Shown: piece by piece, positions 36,385 through 50,200 of the stretch
Numbering within the stretch: position 1 is the stretch's first letter
Layout of the letters: the number at the start of each line of letters is the position of its first letter
NCBI GenBank assembly: GCA_002633005.1
Contig: NMRA01000080.1
Location: forward strand, 401,291 to 465,290
From: Phoronis australis
Taxonomy: Eukaryota; Animalia; Phoronida
DNA length: 64,000 nucleotides
Direction of reading: 5' to 3'
Made by a program: the position numbers and the translations under genes
Notes under the pieces: model-generated
Told to the model about the DNA's origin: nothing
The model's database searches: none
Seen by the model: the letters and a program-made list of their open reading frames with translations, nothing else

Positions 36385-37810
36385 ATCAACTAATTCAACT
36401 ATTCCCACTAATTGTTGCGCCACCTGCAGGCAAGTCAGTGACTCGAGCAGGTAGATAAAGTTCATGACATAATCAATGGGGTCTCCATTTTAGAGACTCC
36501 ACACACGCATTTCAACTGATTCAACTATTCCCACTAATCGCTGCGCCACCTACAGGAAAAGACTGATAACAATCATGACATCAGCAAAAGGCTCACAACT
36601 TAAGAGACACAGAGCAGGCATTTCAAGTGATTCAGCTATTCCCACTAATCACTGCGCCACCTGCAGGGACAGAGAACGCACATGACATTATCAACTGGCT
36701 CACAAGTTTCGAAACTCCAAACACGCATTTCAACTAATTCAACTATTCCCACTAATCGCTACGCCACCTGCAGGCATACCTGATACAAAACATGAAGTCA
36801 GCAACAGGCCCACAACTTGAGAGACAGAGAACACACATTTCAACTAATTCAACTATTCCCACTAATCGCTACGCCACCTACAGGCAGATTGAAAAAGTAC
36901 ATAACGCCAGCAAAAGGCTCACCAGGCTCACAAAGTGAGAGCACAGAACAAGCATTTCAACTTATTCAACTATTCCCACTAATCGCTGCGCCACCTGCAG
37001 GGATAGGCTGATAACAAACATTATGTCAGCTACAGGCTCACAGCTTGAGAAACACAGAACCCAAATTTCAACTAATTCAACTATTCCCACTAATCGCTGC
37101 GCCACCTACAGGAAAGGCTCACCAGGCTCACAAAGTGAGAGACACAGAACAAGCATTTCAACTAATTCAACTATTCCCACTAATCGCTGCGCCACCTGCA
37201 GGGATAGGCTGATAACAAACATTATGTCAGCAACAGGTTCACAGCTTGAGAAACTCATACCCACATTCCAAGTAATTCAACTATTCCCACAAATCGCTAT
37301 GCCACCTACAGGAACAGACTGATAACAATCATGACATCAGCAAAAGGCTCTCAACTTGACAGACGCAGAACATGCATTTCAACTAATTCAACCATTCCCA
37401 CTAATTGTTGCGCCACCTGCAGGCAAGTCAGTGACTCGGGTCTTTCTGTCTCACATTGCCAGTTATACTTTAGATGGCGCTACAATTGGTTGAATTAGTT
37501 GAATTAGTTGAATAGCTCAGTGCTGGATAGGTTGAGCTGACTTGGGATTAGTTGGATTCAACTAATTCAACGATTCCTACTAATCAGTGCGTCACCTGTG
37601 GACAGGGAGCTAACTTACATGATGTCATCCACAAGCACAATGTTAGAGACACCAATCACGCATTTCATCTAATTCAACTATTCCCACTAATCGCTGCACC
37701 ACCTGCAGGGGCAGTTTGATAACAAATATGATGTCAGCAACAGGCTTGCATCAGTGGTGATGACTGGATAAGTTGAGGTAAGTTGGGATTAGTTGGGTAC
37801 AACTAAACAT
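36385..37810. repeat. Tandem array of about 12 units of ~110 bp, with conserved ~47-nt core TTTCAACTAATTCAACTATTCCCACTAATCGCTGCGCCACCT(G/A)CAGG
   Basis: Cores start near 36385, 36510, 36621, 36728, 36838, 36955, 37066, 37156, 37266, 37377, 37557 and 37663. One inverted core lies at about 37470-37512. Confidence 0.95.
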
Positions 37811-37822
37811 TCTGACATGTAT

Positions 37823-38639
37823 GTCTGCCAGCAAACACTAAATTAGCATGAGCTCACACGGCCTCGGTGACCCATCAATAAGTTTTATTGCACCTAAAGC
37901 CGGTAACGCAGTGATTTATTCATTGCTGGCTTCTCAAATCATTTCAGTGCTCTCACGAAAACTCCAAAGGCATTACAAATTGCATCTAATGAGACAGACT
38001 TTGTTTCAGTTTTATATAAGTATTGGTTAGGGAGAGAATAATTCATTTTGAAACAGAACGCTCACTGATAAACGCCAACATGGCAACTCGCAATCCCGAC
38101 TTAGCACGAGCTAGAGCTCATCAGTCCCGACTTCGCAGGTGGATCGTTAAGTTTTACAGGCTATCAATTCGAACAGGAATACAGTGATGAAGAAATACTA
38201 GAGAGGCGCCGTGAACAAGCTCAGACAACGTAACGTATGGCGTTATTTCGTAAGCCGGCATTCGTCAGGCACTGTCGACGTCTGCAGGCCACAGACACGG
38301 AGATGTTTCACGGCCTCATACTTGCTATTTACGGCGTAGATTTCATTGTTCACTACCATGAGCCACTTTCTAAGCATTTCGGACTCTCGAGGAAGTAAAA
38401 AAACGATATACGCTCTTTCCTCGCAGCTGCTTAGTTCGGACAAGCGGGAACGATGCACCGCAACATAGCGGCATTCACTCTGCATATGAACCACTGACGT
38501 CGCTAGCGTCGTTTCTCACCTTCCTCACAGGTTAACGCGACACCTCTTGGCGAGGTAAGGTCGACCGTATGCGAGGCGATGTGGATATAGACCGATTAAG
38601 ACGGCAAAAAAGATTAATTAAATCGGGTGGCATTATCCT
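37823..38639. mobile_element. Truncated Kolobok copy with a decayed THAP remnant
   Basis: Collinear with 52544-53521. Ends GGGTGGCATTATCCT|TTAA. Confidence 0.8.
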
Positions 38640-39084
38640 TTAAAAAATGAAGTAAATTTTCTTCATTGCACAGTGGAGCAGACGACGGAAACGGAATCGT
38701 AGTGTGCAGCGCCCTTGCCTGTCGCCTGGGATATCGCGGGAGAGCCCATACTTAGCCATAGTTCCGTTAAGATTGCGCCGTTTTCCGAATTTGACACTTG
38801 AAATTGGATCTAAGCCCCCCCCCTCAAACACTAAAACTGCGCACATTTAAATCTTGTTTCATCGTTATAATTTTAATTACCGGGGTTAATTAATAAACTC
38901 TACATTTCCCTACGCTCTTGCTGTTTCATTTTTTGCGGCAGCCAAGGGGGAAGGGCGGGTCCCCTGCCCCCCTAAATCCGTCTATGAATCAACAAAAGAA
39001 TTTGTATAACCATTGTTAACTAGAACTTGTTTTATGCGTTGAATGCTTGCCAATCAGATTATATCTGGTGCGCCCTCTTGAGGT

Positions 39085-39855
39085 AAATTTAATTTATTCG
39101 TCCGTGAAATACAGACAGGAGAACATAGCTGTGTGTTGTAATTCTAGATTTTTTCAGTTCTAAACACACAAAACATTTGCTATCCCGGCCAGTGGCTCGG
39201 AACCGATCAGGTCCATCGCGGCCGGACTGAAGGAATCACGAATATAAACCAGCAACAGTTGGAAACGTTCTAATCAGAGGTGTGCTTACGACGTATTTGT
39301 AGAGCTGAGAAAAAGAACTGGCGGAAACATCCTACGCCCAGAGGACCAAATAGAAGCGCCTCACGAACGAGTCAGTCACTAAACAGGTTATATAAAACGT
39401 TATGTTCTCACGCCTTGATTTAATTGTGATTATTTGTGTTCCCATGGCCAACTACAATTCTCCAAAATCCGGCAGAAACTGATCAACAGCCAATCCGACG
39501 AAATGACAGACACGAAGACGTTTCACGGCCTCATACTTGGTATTAACAGCGTACTTTTCTTTCTTCACTATCGCGAGCCACTTACTAAGCATTATGGGCT
39601 CTAGAAGAAATCGAAAAAACGATATACGCCGCTACCCTCGCAGCTTCATAGTTCGCACAAGCGGGAACGATACACCACACCATAGCGGCACTCACTCTGC
39701 AGAAGAACCACTAACGTCGCTGCGTTGTTTCTCACCTTCTTCACAGGTTAACGCGCCACCTATCGGCGAGGTAAGATCGACCGTATGCGAGGTGATGTGG
39801 ATATAGACCGATTAAGATGGTAAAAAAGACTAATTAAATCGGGTGGCATTCTCCT
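39085..39855. mobile_element. Third, internally deleted Kolobok copy
   Basis: 39100-39270 matches 52085-52275. 39510-39855 matches 53180-53521. Ends GGCATTCTCCT|TTAA. Confidence 0.8.
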
Positions 39856-42800
39856 TTAAAAAGCAGTCAGACAACTGCGAAATGGCCTTTTAATCTGGGA
39901 AAGTAAAAAACGGGAGGTGGGCGTTAAGCCAAGCATGGTTATTAAAAAATGAGAATGTTGAGAAGTGGGGTGTGGGTTTTCAAGAACGGCTGATTTTAGT
40001 AAACTCAAAGAACTGGAATGCAGGAGCTGAATACAACATTATGCGAATTCGGGAACTTTCCATTGAGCATAAATTTAGCAAATCGGTGCAGCTCAGTGAA
40101 ACTCTGCTCCTTACTCAAAGATAAACGGATTTCTTTCATTTTTAGCGCTAAAATTCGCGGCGAAACGGGCGTTTACGAAGTGCCCTTTCAAGGAAGTGTG
40201 ATAGTATAGACTTGGGGTGGGTGGCGTAAGCCAAGCATGGGCTTTAAAAGCCAAGTTTGAAGATGTAGCCTTTGGTGTTAAGCCTAACGGAGGTGTTCAG
40301 CCGGAGTACGCCGTATGGTCACAGTAGATTATTTCGCAGGCCCTCGAGATAATACGGCTATAGTACTAATCTGTCACGGCATCGTTAACTCTTGGTCTTC
40401 TATCCGATACTGCAGGGGACAATTAAGGTTGTTTTGCCAGTGACCTTACTGGTCGTCATAACATCCACAACTGTAAGTTGTAACTTGTCTACCTTACATC
40501 GATGTTAATGTTAAGGTAGTCTTGAACTGCTTGAACGCGAATCAGGTGTGTTTTGCTCGTGCAGTTAGGCCTACACAATGCGACGGGAAAGGAAACTCCG
40601 CGAGGACACGTGCCCTGCGCCGTTTAAGCGCCACTGGTGACTAAAAGTACTGGCGGCGACGGGGAGTTCAAGTCCTGTGTGCTCTCCGATTATTTTCACC
40701 TTCCTATTTTTGCATAAAAGCGCCTCGGGAAATGCCGCAATGCTGACAAACGTTATACCCGTCAACTCACTCACTGTTTGTCTGTGAATGCAATCTCCCA
40801 AGCGAATTGCACTACATACATGTACTATTAGTAGGAATCTATTTTGGATGGTTTGTGCTACGAACTACATTGCAGAGTGAAACACTACATGAGTGCTCGA
40901 AAAATGTCGTATATTCTGACGTAAGTAAAAACTAAAATAGAAACAAAGACGCTGTAAGATGGACATAAGGGAATGTCGTCATGGCCCATTTCCTTGTTAT
41001 TGTTTAGTGACTATAGAATGTGTTCGATCTTTGACCGAAAGTGTGATTAAAATTGTTTAACTATGGACATCGGGGATGTTGTTAGAACTGACGTATGCCT
41101 TTTTAATGATGAAATATAGCTCCTTAGCTGGTCAAATAAATTTGTTTACAATGTATTCTAAAGTGTACGTTTATTTTGTTTGGTAATTTCGAATGTTTGA
41201 ACTGTTGGGATCCAATTATTATAGTCTCTTTGTTTTCAACCATAAATTAGCAAAATCGTGTTGTTTTCTGGTGTGTGTCGAAAACAAGTGATTTGATTCC
41301 GAATTTCCCCGCAGAATTAGTTTCTGTTGAACCATCTCTCAGAGCGCAGGCTTATAGGTGACGAATAACCACGTAGACACTGCGTCACATCGATTTTGTG
41401 AGATAAGCCAAACTCTAAGAAAATCAACACTTTTGCCTTCCACAGCAATAGTAACAGGGAGTGTAAGAATCTATGGTCTTAATTATAACACATCAAATCT
41501 AAAATCAAGAAGTCAGCGATATACTAATAACGGCAATTTTTGTCAATGTCAACGTAGCATAGTGCGATCTACAAAGGCAAAACTGAATACAAGGCAATGT
41601 TAAATTAAATTATTTCATGAATTTAATTCCATTTGCTTGTACATAGATTGATTCAGTGCTCCTCGTCCCGGGGCTCGAATCATGGAATTGAAAACAGAGC
41701 TAGCCCAGCGCGCACTATCTCTATTCTTTCGCCAACCCAAGAATCTCGCGAAGGAAGCTAGTGTAAGCACGTGCTTTGTCTGTAATACATGGCGATATCT
41801 CGCGAAGCGTGCTTGATCTTGCGTATTCGCGAGGTTCTTGCGCACTGTTACAGAAATGTGTTGCCGTACTTGTGTGGTAGCATGCCTTGTTAGCGTTATT
41901 CCAGACTTGGGACATATCTGAGCAAGACAGATAAACAGTTGGCGAATAAAAATAACCGGCAAGAGCTATAAAGCGAAACACGTTGTATTCTCACGATTTC
42001 ATCAAGGTGATGGAGGACATGATTGAGAAGTCTGCGTATTAAGATAAAAATCTTAAAAAAGTATCGATTTTAACCCAGTACATGACTTGTTAACAAGCTG
42101 ACATTAATTGGGTCAAGTGACCATGTCTTTTTTACAATATTTTGCAAAAAAGCCGGCACAAATAGCTAAAGTAGGGTATCAATATAATAATAATAATTGA
42201 TATAAATGTTCAAGATGAGATCTCAAAAACGGTTTTATATTTTTTAAAATATCATTTTGTTTTCGGTTTATGCAACTTCAGAGCTTTTTTCAAAAAATCA
42301 TAAGGGTCTTCGCGCAAAAATGGAAGTTCATTTTAAAACGGTTCCTAACAGCGTTTTAAATAATGAACAGTGCATAAAGAATAGCATTTAAAAGTGTCAT
42401 GTCATCCGAGTGGTCATTTCCGAGATATGTTGTTTCGAAGTTAGCCAAATTTAGACGTTTTTCTAAAGTCCCTACACTACATTAAAGAGACGAGAGCAGT
42501 TAAAACTTCAATTACGTTGATCTTGTCTTCTTCATTTTAAAATAGATGATATCAAAACGAAAAAAAATTATTGAATAAGTGACGATGTTGTGGCGGGAGG
42601 CGGAGTGCAAGACGGCAGGCGGAGTGCACGACGACAGGAGGGGGACAGTCTTCTCATTCTCGATTAAAAACACCATTTTCCGAGGAGTGAGTATCAAATG
42701 TTCTATCTTTGTGTAGAATGAATGAAATAAAATCAACAGAAGCACAGAAAAACAACCAATCTCTTAACCCGTCTGTGACCCTAACACGAACATGATAATG

Positions 42801-43352
42801 AGAACTAATGCGCCAAGTAACTGGTGAATATCTCTTACTGTCAAGAATAAGTAAGTCGTCAAACTAATTCGTGATCAATCATCCGATAAGGTATAGCTCC
42901 TCACCGAGAGTGTGTGGATAAAGTTATCTCACTCTAATTTAAGACTAATTGTTTGTATCTATCGTCTTCGCGATCTAAGTGTCTAAAGCACTTAAGGTCA
43001 CACCGCGTTAAAGTTTACTGCCAATTTCACCGAAAAAGTGATTAAATTAAGACAAGATACATCATGTTTTTGTTCATTAAGGTGATGGTGTATATATTTT
43101 TTAATCTTTAATATTATTTTCACCTTAACAATATCTGTCAAGTGACCAATCGAAATGTTAATGTAATTTCTATGTCCCGTTCCCGGTCGTGGTGTTACCG
43201 TAAGTTTCGTTTGAGGCAATCAGAAATCACTTCCCATTACGAACACCGAGGTTATGTGATTCGTGTGTGATCTTCGTTTAGTGGTCGATTTTGGTACCAT
43301 TTGCGAGTTAAACTCGTGCAAAATTTGGGTTCGAACAGTACAGTTTTAAATG

Positions 43353-43502
43353 TAGGACCGGAGCCTAATCTCTGTATTCGAAACTCGACACCGACTGCAT
43401 GTCACGCTTCGATTAAACTTACAAATTAAATGTACTCAAATCATGCAGGTTAAGTTTCGAGTCAGTGTCGAGTCTGAATTTGGAGATTAGACCCCGAGCC
43501 CT
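43353..43502. mobile_element. Short MITE
   Basis: Imperfect TIR GGACCGGAGCCTAATCTC / GAGATTAGACCCCGAGCC, with internal ACTCGACAC / GTGTCGAGT. Confidence 0.5.
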
Positions 43503-43945
43503 GTGATATTATCATTTATTGCCCCCATCGCGATCGCATGTTATCAACTGAGACATCACTTTTTGCTCGCAAAACACTACCCGATCCCTGGGTGCAAATA
43601 TTTTCTGATCAGACAGATTCCGTGCGTGTCAAACGTGACCTTGCGTTAATTCAAAGTAAAATTCGGTATCGTAGCATTCAATGCGTCGACTCGTATTCCA
43701 GAAATCATTCCTGGTCGTCGCAACCTCATGGATGTTGTGTTTTAGTGATTATTGATGTTGAGTTACAATAAAGTTTATGTGTATTACTGTAAACATCGTT
43801 GAACTTAGGCAGAATAAACAGCTTTTTGGCTCTAAGAATGAGAACTGACCGAACTTATGTATAACATTTAATCCCCAGTTTTTTCAAGAAAATTTGGCGA
43901 GGGACTCCGCGTAATATCACCCGACGGCAGTCTCGAAAGCTTCTG

Positions 43946-44363
43946 TGGCCGGTTTCATCTGAAACAGTTCCAAATAGGGACTCAACCAAGTTCCCAATCT
44001 TTTGCGTATTTGGTTCGTTCTTTACTTACAGAAGTTTTCTTACAATAATTTTATCTTTATAATGAGCTCTTCTTTTCTAATAACATAACTAAAAACTGAG
44101 CCATTAATTCAATCAAAATAATTAGGGACTTAGCCCTCAAGTCGCGAAAAGGTACCTTCTTATTTTCAATAATATTGAGAATTTAACGTACAGGTCACTC
44201 TCGATTTGTATCAAAACCAAAAATGTGCTTAGTAATGGTACTTAGTCAAGCAACAAAAGAAAGGGCATTCAGTATTTTCAAAAAGCCCACAAATACGCAG
44301 TGGATTTAATAAACTCAGTTGAGTCCCAAATAGGGACTCAACTAAATTTCTTGCAACCGGGCA
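43946..44363. mobile_element. MITE, probably Harbinger-type
   Basis: Ends GGCCGGTTTCA.. and ..TTGCAACCGGGC. CCAAATAGGGACTCAAC is repeated near both ends. Confidence 0.55.
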
Positions 44364-44869
44364 CTGGACTCCTGTGGTCAATCTAAACCAGAAATGTGTA
44401 TTGTACGTGTGTCTTGCCCCGCCCCCTCAAAAAAAAATTTACAATGCAACTCCCCCCAAAAAAACATTTTACAATGCAACTTTTCAATCATAAAAGTTCA
44501 GCTCTTGGCGCTATTGCTCCTGAAATACAGAGAGCCAAGCTTTTTAATTTACAAGGATCGCGACTTCGAAAACCTTTGAACTACCCATGGATTTCTGTCA
44601 GCAAATTTTGGCGAACGTTACCCACGATAAGGCAGTGACATGCAAAATGAAGGTCGTGTTCAGTCTGACCAGTGATTCAGATGTCGCAAATTCTTTCACT
44701 CTCGGTTGGACCTGCGTGCCGCTCTGTTTCAATATAGAGCTTGTGCGTTAGGCACCTATATCAGCGAGTACTTTTCCCAGATAAGGGTCTAAGCAGTACC
44801 TGTATTTTTACACTGCACTCCCGTTTTCATAGTGCATTAAAGTTGACATTTAATCAAATTACTGAGTCC

Positions 44870-45021
44870 CAGGGGCGGATCCAGATTTTTTAAAGGGGAG
44901 GAGGTCGGATCAAGGATTTTTTCAAAAAGGGGTTATAATTTAAAAATTCTAGATTTGAAATCACTAAAATGAAAAGAGAAACGTCGGTCCGGACCCCTTT
45001 TACCCCCAGGATCCGCTTATG
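44870..45021. mobile_element. 150-bp MITE (CAGGGGCGGATCCAG...GGATCCGCTTATG), same family as 60952-61100
   Basis: Terminal inverted repeats are visible. Flanks GAGTCC and GGGTCC. The body matches the reverse complement of 60952-61100. Confidence 0.75.
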
Positions 45022-45026
45022 GGGTC

Positions 45027-45200
45027 CTAATTATGAACGTCACAATCAATTAGTCTCTGACGAAAGTCTGATAGGAATAAATCGGTGTGACCCGGTTCAT
45101 ACAACCATACCTCTACAAACCCGTACGTATACAATTCATTTGCCCAGATTTGATCAATCAGTTTAGTACTCTGCATACCAAGGTTCCACTGTCGAAACTG
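45027..45200 (-). mobile_element. LINE ORF2 C-terminal fragment related to 4300-5090
   Basis: ELYTYGFVEVWLYEPGHTDLFLSDFRQRLIDC parallels ILYRYGYGEMWLLGPGNSAEFIMVFKQ. Confidence 0.6.
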
Positions 45201-45794
45201 CATACACATTGATAAATTTCCGTATGCAGATATGCTCCACCATGCGTGTGAGTCAAATCTGCCGACTTTTAACCCCAAATCGAAAACAACGAAGTTGGTA
45301 ACTGGCTTATCTTTTGTAGTGGTTTTTTAGTAAGTACATGTTTGAAAGCTCTAACAGTAATGGGCCATGAATGTTAAATTATATTGCTATTTTCAGAATA
45401 AATGGTTCGACAGAAAGAAAACCAAAAGGCATTGCTGAATCTTACACTTTACCGACTATCTTAACATGAACAAAATTCTGCTGTAAGTCTCCGACATATG
45501 GGACGTGTTTGTCATACCAGTACAATACAGAACCAAAAATGTGTTATGTATTGCTGCATTCGCACGATTTTCGTAAGTGTATGACTTTTTGATACGTGAA
45601 TGATTTTAAATCTGATAGATCAGGTCGTGTATCGTCTGATGCTTGACAGCCTCCAGACACTTGAATTGTCGATTTAATAGGAATAAAGAGCATTTCGCGA
45701 CTGGTAACTCTGATTTGGCGAGAGCACTATAGTCGACAGCAAATCGTTTAGGACCGAGAAGGGGACGCGGGGGATGGAAGGAGAGAGGTGGGAA

Positions 45795-45797
<3 letters not shown>

Positions 45798-45856
<59 letters not shown>

Positions 45857-46246
45857 ANNNNNNNNNNNNNNNNNNNNNNNNNNNNNNNNNNNNNNNNNNN
45901 NNNNNNNNNNNNNNNNNNNNNNNNNNNNNNNNNNNNNNNNNNNNNNNNNNNNNNNNNNNNNNNNNNNNNNNNNNNNNNNNNNNNNNNNNNNNNNNNNNNN
46001 NNNNNNNNNNNNNNNNNNNNNNNNNNNNNNNNNNNNNNNNNNNNNNNNNNNNNNNNNNNNNNNNNNNNNNNNNNNNNNNNNNNNNNNNNNNNNNNNNNNN
46101 NNNNNNNNNNNNNNNNNNNNNNNNNNNNNNNNNNNNNNNNNNNNNNNNNNNNNNNNNNNNNNNNNNNNNNNNNNNNNNNNNNNNNNNNNNNNNNNNNNNN
46201 NNNNNNNNNNNNNNNNNNNNNNNNNNNNNNNNNNNNNNNNNNNNNN

Positions 46247-46290
<44 letters not shown>
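45798..46290. repeat. (GA)n microsatellite flanking an N gap (45858-46246)
   Basis: Directly visible. Confidence 0.98.
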
Positions 46291-46295
<5 letters not shown>

Positions 46296-46972
46296 GAATG
46301 GCAAGTTAAATGCCAGACCCCCACTGTGACAGCGCTAGTTTTATTGTTGAGTGTATATCGCAGAAAGTGGGAAAACGAATACTGGTCGATGGTTTGTGGA
46401 ATTCAAGTGTTTTCAAACTAGATCGACATAAATCTTAATTAATGACGAGGAGCGTTTCATAACAATAAACTGCACGTAAGCTGTATTCGTCAGACTTTTA
46501 CGCGCTCCATAAGTACAGTGGTATGCTAAAGTATTCGACATAATTCAACTATCTGATTAAATAACCCTTTTTCCGTCTTTCAATTTACACGTTGTTATAG
46601 TTACACAAAAGTACGGTCTAAGTGCGCAAAAAGGTAAAATCACTCTCAAAGCGGTTACTCACACTTGAATTTGGGGCCCAAAAGCGATTAGAGCGAAGAT
46701 GTCAAAAGTTTACAAACACAGGCACTACAACGTAACCCTCTTTCACGCATCTCAAGCCAGGCGTTATAGAGGAGAATATTTTATTTGTCGTTTTGCCGGT
46801 GTCAGAACTACTTGCTAACGAGCCAAGTAAAAGACCTCAGGGAATTGTTGATCGTGTGATGACGTCAAAAAGCATGGTCGGAGCTAGCCTGTAGGGCCCG
46901 GGTTAGTACGTTGAGAAATGCGCTCGCCGACTAAAAATTAAGAAAACGCCTACCCGCTTCAATTGCAGCCAA

Positions 46973-47218
46973 GGGACCCGTTCCAAGAAAACTGACTAAG
47001 CAAACACAAATTTTAAATTTCGGTCGATTTTAAGATAAAAATTAAGTTTGTCTCTAGGCCGTTTCAAGAAGAGATCTTATGTAGGAGTCCATTTTTTAAA
47101 GTAAATTTGTTTTAATTTTCACTTCCTTACCGGATATAGAAGTTTCAAAGTTTGGAAGTTGGTTCAAATCGTAGACTTAAGTCAAAATGAACTTAAGTCA
47201 GTTTCTTGGAACGGGCTC
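46973..47218. mobile_element. MITE with a ~25-bp TIR
   Basis: CCCGTTCCAAGAAAACTGACTAAG / CTTAAGTCAGTTTCTTGGAACGGG. Confidence 0.65.
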
Positions 47219-50200
47219 AAGGTCTTATATTTTTGAAAGCTGCTCAAAGGCGCGTAAGCAAGAGTAAGCAAGGTTTCAAATGCCATAATTTGCCTAGCGA
47301 TGAGTAAAAAATCCTACATTATTTTGTTCGTCTCGTATAGATTTTCTTTTTTTGAAAAAGCACCATCGACTCGATTTTCAAAATCGCAGACCAGAACCAA
47401 TTCTGCGTTTTTGGCCTAATAGGAGAAATTGAGGGTGAACTTTGTGGCGAGTGGGTGAGGAGGTGAGTGGTGATAGTGTCAGAATTGGTAAGCCATATCC
47501 GCTGCCATAACGTCGACTGAACCGATTACTTGTTGTAACTGTCGGACCCGGCAATAACGCCCCATTGGGGGAGTTACGTAGAAGTATTTTCAGTTAACTC
47601 TAGAACTCTTACCAAAAAGACCGATTGCAATGTTGCCGGTTATTCAGGCATTGTTTGCGGGAATCTCAACAATTATGGGAGCAGAGACGCACGCGCGCTT
47701 CAAATTGCCTGCCTTTCGAAACCGAAAGGTGTAATGCATGGGGAAAATAAAAATTACCTTGGCAAAGACTGCGCACCTTACGTCAGTTCACAATTCACAA
47801 AAAAACACCAGCTGGCCAGGTCTACGTTTCGTAGACGGAAGAAACGTGCGAAAACGCAATATCACACACGTCTTCTTGAGATATTGCCATTTATTACAAG
47901 AGAATACGTTTTCACACTAGCTTTATCAGAAATTTCTTGTGTTTGCGGAACGCAACCCAGATTAACAACGACTTTCTGTATCCGCACTCAAGTACGATAT
48001 TGATGAGCTTAATAAAGAAATGAAACAACATTAATTACAAATTGATCAACAGATTATCGCTCTTAAAGTCCAATAACCTGAGTGTGCAAATGGATTCTAC
48101 ACGGATGATACGACGCATGTATATTTCTAGCCATCCGCTGCATGAAAAGGAAATACTGTTTCGGTATCGGTAAACCATGACTGGTTCCTATCTGTAAGTG
48201 AGGGTATTTGCACTAATAGTGCAGTGCAGCATTCGCTCTCTTCCCACCACATCGACGCACGTGAAATTTATTCAACCGAGGCGCCTTCTGGTGACATGGT
48301 TTGTGCGACATTTTCGCCTTGGTACGCGGTCACCTGGTTTTCTGATCACCCTGTTTATGGCCGAACTCTTTATGTTTACATTTGCTGGCGATTAGCGATT
48401 AGTTAGGGAGCCCTTTCCAGTCAGAGGACACAACCACGCAGCAGGATTTCCCCAGTGATCCATCTGTTTGGTACCAGGTTAGTGTTAATTAGAACGTTTA
48501 GCACATTCGTACACAGAGAAATTATTATTTCATGCACACAACAAAAATTGTTGCAGGAAGGTGCCTTTTTTCGAATGTCAATGGCGTTTCGATTCATTGA
48601 GAATCACCGTTGGGCTTTTAGGTCATACCATTGCAGTGCTGCCAAGTTTTGATGCACATGGTCAACTGCAGAATGAACCAAGAACTGAAACGGACTCATA
48701 CGTGATTTAAGATAAGATTTCTTTCAGTACAGCTGTTCAGAAACATGTTGCCACCGAGTCTCCTACAAGGTTGAAATAAATCCTTCTTCAACGAACCAGG
48801 AAGAATTTTGGTTGCTCTTCGTTACGCATATTGAATTTTGACGATTTTCTGATTTACTGGTGTCTGCGCCTGTCTTCAGTAAATTTGAATCACGCCATGC
48901 GCAATAAGGTGGAACATCCACAGTAAGCGTGTCGAGTGCACAGACATGGGTGCTGACAGCAGTCGTCAAATTACAGGTTTACATGTATGTTCATAGGGCG
49001 TACAGTGCAGAGGTAAAGCATGATAAATAGAACTTAGAAAACGTACTCAAGAGTCGCCATCTGCACTAACGTTCTTATCAACTGATCTTGAAACTGTCTG
49101 CATGATTATGTCCAGAAATTTTACTCTTTGTAAAATCGTAACTACAGCTGAGCATTTAGTGATGTGTCGTGTTGTACCCTCGAAGAAAAAACGCCTAAAC
49201 AAAAGAATAGACGCTACACACAACCTTAACGTTGTGTGTAGGTTTGGGACAACCAGGTTTTAATTTTATGGCCAATAAAGTGTCATATTTCCAGTTTTGA
49301 GAGTGGTAAAGTGATGCAGACCTTGGTATCATGAGCGGGGGTTACGGGGGGTGTCCCATACAAGGAGTTTGTAAAGACGTTCCCTCAGCTACGTGACGTG
49401 GCACTAAATTAGTAGTTTTTTATCGTCTTGGATGCGTTTTGTGGTATTGGCCGTGGTATCGCCTATGGTTTGCAGTAACCAGTTGGGAATGAACATTCCT
49501 GAGCGTGGTGGCGGCCGGAGCGTTTCACAAGTGGGGGAGACTGAAATTTTATGTTTTAAGATTCGATGAGTTGCTGGTACATATGACCACTCGGACAAAA
49601 GTGGAGGCTTCAGTTCAGCTCTCCGCCACCGCCGCCAATTTATGAGTGTTACATTAAATGGCAAACGACAGGAATGGTTTCTGATCGCCGATGTTGTGCG
49701 TGTGGTGGGTAGTGGGGGGGGGAGTTTTGCCGAACGTTCTTAATTAAAAATGTTTTAAAGTTAAACCAATCAGTGTTAACGAACATTGTAACATAGGTCT
49801 ACAAGACAAGAAGACAATTAGGATGCGAGTGGAAGACGCGTTGATGACGAATATTACAGCGAAGTGTTAATGGCATGTGTCGTCAAATTTCTACGCCTCC
49901 TAGCCTGTGGAAAGAGTTGTTCTCTGTTCTGTGATACCCTTTTCCCCTTTAAGTTTACACTCGTAATTACGGCACTTTCCCCGGAACGGCCCACCATAGG
50001 CGACCACGACGGCATCTCCACGGGGGGGGAGGCAACGGAGGAAGTGGGCGCGATGTAAAATTGGCAACGATGGCTGTGATGAGGGTGTCACAAATCGGTG
50101 AGGGGCGGTGGAGTGCGAGATTGTTGATGACTGGAAGCGTTGAGCGGCATCGCTATCTTCCACCCCGAGCGTCAATAGCCACAGTCAGTGTCTTTAAGTG

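Larger units (their letters stand above)
36270..38986 (+). mobile_element. Fragmented family-B MITE (36270-36380 and 38640-38986), split by the 110-bp array and a Kolobok fragment
   Basis: 36275-36365 matches 60210-60298. 38640-38945 matches 60412-60720. Ends ...CCTAAATCCGTCTATG. Confidence 0.75.

Noticed and set aside
36817-37322. Repetitive ORFs (FQLIQLFPLIA..., ISTNSTIPTNRCAT...)
   Set aside because: Unit lengths vary and are mostly not multiples of three, so the frames break between units.
36385-37810. CRISPR array
   Set aside because: The linkers are homologous to one another (CATGACATCAGCAA..GGCTCACAA..GAGAGACACAGAAC) and ~63 nt long. There are no cas genes and the context is eukaryotic.
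45606-46324. Long ORFs of 169-232 aa
   Set aside because: Artefacts of the (GA)n tract and the N gap.
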